Part shown: positions 16,278-24,100 of the stretch, piece after piece
Layout: the number at the start of each line of letters is the position of its first letter
Position numbering within the stretch: the first letter of the stretch is position 1
Source: Faecalibaculum rodentium
GTDB taxonomy: Bacteria; Bacillota_I; Bacilli_A; Erysipelotrichales; Erysipelotrichaceae
NCBI RefSeq assembly: GCF_001564455.1
Contig: NZ_CP011391.1
Coordinates: forward strand, 2,400,001-2,432,000
Reading direction: 5' to 3'
Length of the DNA: 32,000 nt
Notes under the pieces: generated by a model
The model's database searches: none
Told to the model about the DNA's origin: nothing
What the model saw: only the letters and a program-made list of their open reading frames with translations
Position numbers and translations under genes: made by a program

Positions 16278-16871
16278 CTACAAAGTCCCTGCCGCATCAA
16301 GAGGCCAGAGCCGCCAGACCAGCTTGCCGACAATCTGTTCTTCGGCAATGGGCCCGATGGCCTTGGTTCTGGAGTCCAGGGAAACGCTCCGGTGGTCCCC
16401 CATCACAAACCACCGGTCTTCCGGCACCTGGTAGGGGTAGTCGATGTTCGTTTCACCCAGTGCTTTTTCCTCCAGATACGGTTCCTCCAGTTCCTTGCCG
16501 TTGACGTACACAGTGCCGTCGTCCGCAAGATCCACCCAGTCTCCCGGTCCGGCGATGACGCGCTTGACGAGGAGCTTGTTGTTGTAATAGAAGGCAATGA
16601 CATCCCCCGGCTGGAATTCTGTGGTTTTCACCGTGGCGACAATGTTGCCTTCGCTGAGGGTGGGTGTCATGGAGTTTCCGTAGATGCGCAGGACCGGGAG
16701 CCACAGGGTTGCGGCGAGAATCGCCAGTGCGGCGACGACCACGAGCACCGCAACGGTGCTTTTGAGTGTGTCCCGGAACTTTTTCTGGTACAAAATCCGT
16801 TTCTTTTCTTTCTTCCAGTCCGCCGAGTCAAACTGATCGGCCGATGGCATCTCTTTCTTATGGCTGCTCAT
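16278..16871 (-). CDS. Type I signal peptidase (197 aa), catalytic Ser/Lys retained
   Basis: Start is ATG 16871 (ATGA overlap with the upstream ORF). TM anchor, GNSMTPT (Ser box), LVKRVIAGPGD (Lys box), GDHRSVSLDSR. Confidence 0.85.
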   Translation of the reverse strand: MSSHKKEMPSADQFDSADWKKEKKRILYQKKFRDTLKSTVAVLVVVAALAILAATLWLPVLRIYGNSMTPTLSEGNIVATVKTTEFQPGDVIAFYYNNKLLVKRVIAGPGDWVDLADDGTVYVNGKELEEPYLEEKALGETNIDYPYQVPEDRWFVMGDHRSVSLDSRTKAIGPIAEEQIVGKLVWRLWPLDAAGTL

Positions 16872-17128
16872 GGAGCGGCCCTTTCTGTCTGTTGTCTGAT
16901 CTCGTTGAGGTAATCCTCGGCTGCCTGCTGGGCGGCTTCGAACACGCCGTTGAGCTGCAGGGCGGCCTGCGCGATGTTCCCGGCTTTCCGGCACTCGATG
17001 CGCCGGCTTTCGAGCTCGTCGCTGAGTTTCTGCACGAGTGTCTTCAGCCGTTCGTTTTCTTCTGTACTTTCAATGAGAAGATCCACGAGCTGAAGACGGG
17101 ACAGCTTTTTCAATTCCTTTTCTTTCAT
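16868..17128 (-). CDS. Small coiled-coil protein (86 aa), function unknown
   Basis: ATG 17128. MKEKELKKLSRLQLVDLLIESTEENERLKTL…AGNIAQAALQLNGVFEAAQQAAEDYL. Stop overlaps the signal peptidase start (ATGA). SD is weak. Confidence 0.55.
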   Translation of the reverse strand: MKEKELKKLSRLQLVDLLIESTEENERLKTLVQKLSDELESRRIECRKAGNIAQAALQLNGVFEAAQQAAEDYLNEIRQQTERAAP

Positions 17129-17147
17129 GCAAAACTTTCTAAGAAGC

Positions 17148-17666
17148 TCAGGCTTCGTCCAGCTGCCGGCTCCATCGCAGAAACGTCGTATGAGAGACAT
17201 TGAGCGATTCCCCGGCTTCCCGGCTGTTGAGCTTGCCGCTGCAGTAGTCTTCGTAGACTTCCGCGAAGCGTTCAGGGAGTTCGATCCGCCGTCGGCCAGG
17301 GCCGCTTCCGTTCTTATCACGGATCACCGTGCGGTGTTTCGGGTTGCGGAACCGCTTCTGCGAATAACACACATACTGCAGGACTTCGCCGAAGAGCTCC
17401 GGCTGGCTGTGGGCCGCGGGACAGTCCAGGATCCAGATGTGGACCTCTTTGTCCTGCAGCTTCTGCCATTTTTCGCATACCTGCGTGAGGTTGTAGCCCA
17501 GATCTGCCAGGGACGGGATGTGAAGACTGTCATTCGGCTGGATCACGGACAGAAGACGGTCGAATTCCGGGAAATCCGTGTCTCCACGGGTGTCGGTAAA
17601 GACTGAATGCTTGAGATCCCGCGGGTATTTGTCAGATTCCGCCACGAGCATGTAACTGTATTCCAA
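17148..17666 (-). CDS. Resolvase-like (catalytically degenerate) HTH protein, copy 1; putative regulator of the pilus operon (172 aa)
   Basis: TTG start 17666..17664, 6 nt after SD AAGGAGGG, aligns with the ATG of the paralogue at 27765. Resolvase-fold pattern with Ser/Arg replaced. C-terminal HTH LNSREAGESLNVSHTTFLRW. Confidence 0.75.
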   Translation of the reverse strand: MEYSYMLVAESDKYPRDLKHSVFTDTRGDTDFPEFDRLLSVIQPNDSLHIPSLADLGYNLTQVCEKWQKLQDKEVHIWILDCPAAHSQPELFGEVLQYVCYSQKRFRNPKHRTVIRDKNGSGPGRRRIELPERFAEVYEDYCSGKLNSREAGESLNVSHTTFLRWSRQLDEA

Positions 17667-17694
17667 ACCCTTCCCTCCTTGTCTGCTGAAAAAG

Positions 17695-17712
17695 TCCGCC
17701 AAAGTATACTTT
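17695..17712. promoter_or_regulatory. Box 1a TCCGCCAAAGTATACTTT (palindromic core), proximal operator-like site
   Basis: 16-bp perfect palindrome CCAAAGTATACTTTGG at 17699..17714. Lies between the conserved promoter block and the SD of copy 1. Confidence 0.5.
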
Positions 17713-17737
17713 GGAAAACATCACTATGTTCAATAAC

Positions 17738-17762
17738 TTTCTCAACTAAATGAATTTTAGCA
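17738..17762 (-). promoter_or_regulatory. Conserved block TGCTAAAATTCATTTAGTTGAGAAA (extended -10-like TGnTAAAAT)
   Basis: Near-identical block at 27838..27862 in front of the paralogue. An alternative reading is TTGAGA-17 nt-GATGTT. Confidence 0.4.
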
Positions 17763-17819
17763 TGGGAAACTAATGACTGGATACAAATTCTGTAATGTTG
17801 CAACGCATTTCCTTACAAG

Positions 17820-17837
17820 TCCGCGAAAGTATACTTT
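17820..17837. promoter_or_regulatory. Box 1b TCCGCGAAAGTATACTTT, distal operator-like site
   Basis: Same orientation as box 1a, 125 bp away. Embedded in a 35-nt block conserved with copy 2. Confidence 0.5.
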
Positions 17838-18036
17838 TAAAGACAAGTTCCGAACTGTTTCCAAACAGATTCCGGCACAATGTCCCAAAATCGATTCCAG
17901 ATAAGACAAAACAGGCCGTCATGCCCCGGATTTTTCATCGGGACTTGACGGCTTTTGTGTATTTTCGGGCAGATCCGGCCAGAGCTTGATGCAGACTCCG
18001 GCTGCAGGTTGCTTTGACTTCCCGGAATCCTGTCTA

Positions 18037-18074
18037 AACCTCCCGGTTTCCGTCCCCTGTCAGCCACCATCGGC
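18037..18074 (-). repeat. Copy E2 of the GCCGATGGTGGC(A/T)GAC…GGGAGGTT motif
   Basis: Minus strand reads GCCGATGGTGGCTGACAGGGGACGGAAACCGGGAGGTT. Confidence 0.4.
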
Positions 18075-18092
18075 CTCACATTCCCCAACGCC

Positions 18093-18129
18093 AAAAGGAG
18101 AGCAGCCCCATGCGGACTGCTCTCCCTTT
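18093..18129 (-). terminator. Bidirectional rho-independent terminator after the giant adhesin gene
   Basis: Perfect 9-bp stem GGAGAGCAG (18097..18105)/CTGCTCTCC (18117..18125) with an 11-nt loop. T runs follow on both strands (TTTTGG on minus, TTTGTTTTATT on plus). Confidence 0.6.
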
Positions 18130-18198
18130 GTTTTATTCATTCACTTTTGCAGCTGTCCTTTGACAGCAGGACTGTCATTCAGTCCGGGATTTGTCCGT

Positions 18199-21100
18199 CT
18201 ATTTCCGTTTCCGGGAAACCGGCTTTCTCCGTCTGCGTCCGGCAATGCCCAGACCTGCAACACCTGTCGCAGCCCCTGCTGCCAGCAGTGTCCAGGTCAG
18301 GATACCGGTGTTTGTCGCAGTGGGAGCGCTGGCTCCAGGATGCGGCTTTCCATTGGTGGATGTGGTCGGAACCTTGTTGGGATCCTTCTTCACTTCCACT
18401 TCATTGGACGGAGTTTCGTGTTCCGGTCCCGACGGATCGTTCTGGTATGTCAGCTTGGCAACGTTCTTCCAGCTGCCGGCTGCATTGTCCATGGGCAGCT
18501 TCGCCTGGAACTTCAGGGTCACACTCTCGCCTGGTTCCAGTGTCTCCACGTACCATGTCAGTTTGCCGTTGTCATACACCGCATTGTGACTGGCGGACCC
18601 ATTGACATATGTCAGGCCTTTCGGAACAACATCTGTCACGGTAATGCCCTCGGCAGTTGTCTTACCGACATTGCGGACAGTGAGCGCATAGGTCACCACA
18701 TCACCGGCTTTGCCCTTGAGGACTTCGCTGGTAAGTGTGCCATTGTTCAGTGCCTGTGTCTTGTCGATGAGCAGTTTCGGTCCTTCCTCAGGCCATTCAA
18801 TGATGTCCACGGGGTTGGAAGGCTCTTCCTTCGGATCCTCGCCATCCTCATTGTCCGGGTTGTTGGGATAGAACGTGTAGGCAATGTTGCGCCACATGCC
18901 CTGTTCCTCCGGCACATTGACTTTGAAGGAAACGGTCCGTTTTTCGCCTTTGGCCAGGTTGCCCAGCTTCCAGGTGATGACACCATTCTTCACGGTTCCC
19001 TTGTCGGAAATGGAACCATCCACCAGAGTCAGGCCTTCGGGCACCGTATCCGTGACTTTGACGTCTCTGGCTTCGGCGTTGCCGTCGTTGGTGACAGAAA
19101 CGTAATACGTCACGATGTCCCCGCCGTTGACTTCCATGAGGTCTTTGGTCAGGTCGCCGTCAGCCTTCTGCTGTTCCTTTTCGATCACCAGATGCGGAAC
19201 GTCGGCTTTGGATTCCACTTCGTTGGACGGAATGGGATCTTCCGGATCTTCTCTGTTGGAATAAGTTGTGCTGGCTGCGTTGATCCAGGTCGTGGCTTCG
19301 GTGACTTTCGGCGCAGTGACTTTGAACGTCACGCTCTTCGATGCCCCGGCACTGAGGGTGCCCAGACTCCAGGTGATGACACCGTCTTTGACAGTACCAC
19401 CGTCGGAAATGGAGTTTTCCACCAGTTCCAGTCCTTCCGGTACAGGGTCTTGGACAACGACATCTTTTGCAGCAGCCTTGCCGTTGTTGGAAACAGTCAG
19501 GCTGTAGGTAATGGTATCACCGGCATCCACCAGAATGGGGGTTGCAGGTGCTTCATCGTTTTTCTGCTGAGATTTTTCAATCACAAGAGCCGGCACATCA
19601 CCTTCGATCTCGACAATGTTCGAATCAACCGGTGTCTTTGGATCTTTGGGATCCGTCGGGTTGTCCGGGTTGTTGTCATACACTGCCGATGCGCCGTTTT
19701 TCCATGTGGTTGCCACAGTGATGGGATCCAGCTTTACCTGGAAGGAAACAGTCTTCGCATTCGCCTGTCCAGGTTCGATGTTGCCCACGTTCCACTCAAT
19801 GACGCCGTTGCGTTCTTTGCCGCCATCCGAGATGGAGTCCTTTACCAGCGTTGTGCCGTCAGGGATTTCATCGGTAATGATGACATTTTCCGCTGTGAAT
19901 TCGCCTTCATTGACAGCCCGCAGTGTATAGGTCACGATTTCCTCTTCACCCAGAGATGTCAGCGGCGTCTTTACCGGCTGTCCGTCTTCAAAGTTCTGGA
20001 ACTTCTCCAGACGGAGTTTCGGTGCTTTCGCCTCGACTTCCACTTTGTTGGATTCCTGCGGTTTGTCCGGTCCATCCGGGTTGTTGGAGTAGTTGACTGT
20101 TGCGACGTTGAGCCACCTGGTCAGTTCCTTGACATAGGGAACCCGAACCTGGAAGGTCACTTCGCGGCTCTCGCCTGCAGGTATTGTGCCCAGATTCCAG
20201 ACGATGGTTCCGTCAGCATACAGGTTTCCGCCCTGAATGGATTCAGGTATCACAATAAGCGGAGTTTCCGGTGTGCCTGTGGGAACTTTGTCTTTCAGGA
20301 CAACGTCTTTTGCCTCCACTTTGCTCGTGTTGGCCACAGTCAGTTTGTACGTGACGATATCCTTGTCACGGGCATGGAGAATTTCCTGCGTGAACTGTTC
20401 GTCATCGTTGAGCTTCTGGTCCTTTTGGATGGTCAGAGCCGGCACGTCGGTTTCTACGGTGACTTTGTTGGAGGGTTCTTCCGGTGTTTCCTTGCCTGGG
20501 TCCTTCGGATCCTCGTGTTTCACCGTTGCCTGGTTGGTCCAGGAATTCCATTTCGAAGCCGTCGGGATCTTCACGGAGAAGTGTACCCAGGCAGAAGCGC
20601 CAGGAGCCAGTTCCGGAATCTTCCAGGTCACTGTCTGATTTCCCTTGTCGAACGTACCGCCATCGTAAGCCTGCACAAATTCGAGCGAGAGCTTTTCTTC
20701 CTGGCTGGTCGGAATCTTGTCAGATACGATTACGTTTTTCGCAGCACCCGTACCATGGTTGGTGACTTTCAGTTCATAGACCACGAGACTTCCCTGTTCG
20801 GACATGACGGGATCCTTGGAATCCGAGAATCCGCCGACACCTGCAGCCCCCGGTTTGTTCACCGACTGTGCCTTGTAAATCTTCACATCCGGCAGAACAG
20901 GAGTTTCCTCGACAGTCACGTCGTTGGAAGTGATTTCTTCGTCAGGATCTTTCGGGTTATTGGAGTATTTCGCTGCCGCAATGTTGGTCCAGTGTGTATC
21001 CACAGTCACTGCCGGAACACGTACGGTCCAGCTCACGGTCACAGCTTTGTTCACGCCAATGTCCCCAACGTTCCAGGTCAGCAGATTCTTCGATGCATCA

Positions 21101-24100
21101 AAGGAAGCTGTTCCTTTGTCAATCAGGGTCAGTTCGGCTGCAGCATCACCGACAGGTGCAGGCACCACATCGGTGATCACCACGTCTCTGGCTGCAGCGG
21201 TTGCATCGCCGGGAACGGATGCTGTCAGGTAGTAGGTGACAGAATCGCCCGCATTGACCGGCTGTGCCTCTTTCACATCCGTGATGGGACCGCCGTTGAT
21301 GCTCATGGACTTGTGGAGATTTAGAGCCGGGGTTCCGTTGAATACGTTGGTGAAGGTGAATCCATCTGAAGAGAGGTTTCCGTCGTTGTCCTTATATTCA
21401 ACCTTCGTGACTTTCACACCGGTTACCTGGTTGTTGGTCACCACATTTTCCACTGTGATGGTGATGGTCCATACCTTGTCAGAATAGTCGATTTCCGAAT
21501 CGGTCTTGTCGATTTCAGTGACTTCATAAACATAGGTTCCGGCTCTGGTGAATTCAATCTTGCCAAAGTCGATCACGCCTGTTTCGGAGCTGTATACCTT
21601 ATTGCCTTTTTCGGGCATTGGGATATCCTCGAGTGCCAGATTGATCTTTTTGGAAACAATCCGTGGAAGGGCAATTTCCTGAACAGTGGTTTCCCCAGCC
21701 TGTTCTTCTGCTGCAGGCTCCGAATCTTCGTCCGTATCGGCTGCCGGATCAGAAGCGGCCGGTTCCTGTTCAGCATCAAAATCTGCCGGTTCAGTTTCCT
21801 CTTCCTCTGCCTTCGGTGTCGAGACAACCGGTGTATCTTCTACTTCTGCGGATATCGGCGCAATCTGGAACTCGAAGCTGTTCAGCAAATGACCAATATC
21901 AATACTCTCGTTCATGCCATCAGTACCTGTCAGGGCCTTGTAGCCGAGGATCAGACTAGTGTCAGTGCTCATCTTCACGTTTGTGAAGGAGGCAGTCATA
22001 TTCTCGCCTGGGCTGGCAGTTCCTTCGCTTAACAGAGCTTCAACGTTGAACCAGCCTTCTTCCTGTTTTTCAGCAATGCTGTACTTCGTACCTATGGGCA
22101 GTCCATAGATATAAGCAGTCTGTCCATGGGAGAGTTCAATGGTGCCCTCGCCTTTGGTAATGACAGTCTGATCACCCTCCACTACGCGATCGTCCTCATC
22201 GCGAATCACGGTTCTGAATGATCCAGCCAGAGCATTGTTGTCTTTATCTTTCAAAGACAGATTAAAAGTAAACTTCTTCGCATAATCATCTTTGGTGAGC
22301 TCCACATCTGTACCAGGCACAATCGTCTTGGTCAGGCGCAGTCCGGCATCGTTGGTGAAGACAGTGGAAGCATTGTTTCCCACTGCGTCTTCCACAGAAA
22401 GCAGGCCTGTGGCCGAATCGGCTTTCACCGTCAGGTTGAAGACGACTTTATGATCATCGCAGTTGATCTTGTCGTCCGCACCAGGCACTTCGGAAACGGT
22501 GACTTTGTAGTTTCCAGGCTTGGTGAAGCGGATCGGATCAAATGTAATTTTCCCGGTTTCATCACTGGTAGCTTCGTCACTGCCTGTGAGAGAGGCATTG
22601 GCTGCCGGGTCAAGTTTCATCTGGAATGTATAGCCGGCAGGACTGCCTCCCAGGGTTTCCTTCGTGACAGACGGTGCCCATTCCACGGAGGTGTTCCAGA
22701 TGTTGGTGATGTCCAGTGCTGTGACATCTTCGGGATTTGCCCTGTCATAGGAAACAGCCGCCTGCAGAGTCCGGTCTTCGGCTTCCGTCACCACCACGCT
22801 CACCGTGTGTTCCTTCGTGTCGTAAGTGATCTCCGGATCGTTGCCTTTGATTTCGCGGACGATGTAGTCCTGGGAATCCTCGCTCAGGAATTCGATGGGC
22901 TCAAAGGAACCTGTCACGGTGGACTGTCCTTCAATGCCCCTGAGCATCAGCGTCTGCAGGACTGTGGAGCTTCCTTTTTTCAGAAGTTCGAAGGCGAAGA
23001 CTTCGCCCTCCCGCATGGGACGGCCATCCAGTGTCTTGCGGACGTTGATGACAGCCTGCGCGCGCTGGTAGATGTTGGTGAAGACAAGGCTGTTGTCAGC
23101 CGCGTCGGCTCCACCCATCACGGAGACGGAATCCAGCACCGCTGTCAGTTGGTCGACGCCATTGACGGCTGCCTTGGAGACTTTGATCTTCGCAAGGTAC
23201 TGCTTTTCATCTGTCAGCAGACCGCCGACAGTTCCGCCCTCTTCCTGAATCACGTATTCGTAGAATTTGGTTGCATCGCCCTGACCAAGATCTTCCCTTG
23301 TATAAGAGATCGGTCCAAAGCTGCCATCATAGGGGCTCTGTCGACCATCATTGGTGATGGTCACTGTTGTTTCCTTCGGCATCGGTGCATTCGGGTTGGT
23401 GGCAGCAGCCTCGATGGTGAAAGTATACTCATCACCGGTGTTGCCGTTGGTCACACTTCCCTCACCCTGTACATTCTTGGTGAAGTTGATGGAGGCCTCG
23501 GCTTCCAGCTTTACCTTGTTGGTGAATGACACAGTATTTCCTTCAGTTTCCACCGGGTTTCCGGCATCATCTGTTATCCCGTTGGACCAGGTTACGACAG
23601 CTTCCAGATCCTGTGTCAGGTTGCCATCTTCATCCGTTGCATTCTGCACAACGACCTTCACCTGATACTTCGTATCATCATATTCCAGGCCGTTCTGTAC
23701 AGTACCTCTTCCGACTTCGGTCACGTTGAAGAGGTATTCTCCAATTTCGCTGCGGGTGAAGTGCATCGGTGCAAATTCTGCAGTGGCAGTCGTTTCACCT
23801 TCCTTGACAGTAGCCTGTGCAAGCAGCGGACTGTTGTCTTTCAAGTAGGCGATTGCCGCGTTATTGGCGCCTTCCAGCTGGAATGTGAAGGTTTCACCGC
23901 CTGCTGCGGCCTTCCGTCCGTCAATGGTCTTTTCCGCCACGATCCGTGCTGTCGCGTTGGGTGCGTAGACGTTGGTGTAGTTGACGGTGACGTTCGGACG
24001 GTTGGTTTCTGTAATGGGACCATTCGCATCCACTGTACCCTGAACCATTCCGGCAGCCAGTGTAGTGGTGTTGTTTACACCACCAGTCACTGTGATGTCA

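Noticed and set aside
17986-21324. 1112-aa plus-strand ORF, the second longest in the track
   Set aside because: It is exactly antisense to the DUF11-repeat part of the well-supported adhesin gene. Its translation is Cys/Arg/Gly/His/Phe-rich low-complexity sequence with no SD or domain motif. Long stop-free antisense frames are expected opposite GC-rich, codon-biased genes.
18395-21324. Periodic repeat structure that might suggest a CRISPR or satellite array
   Set aside because: The period is ~0.42 kb and the conservation is at protein level (DUF11 domains) inside one continuous ORF. There are no short identical direct repeats with unique spacers anywhere in the window.
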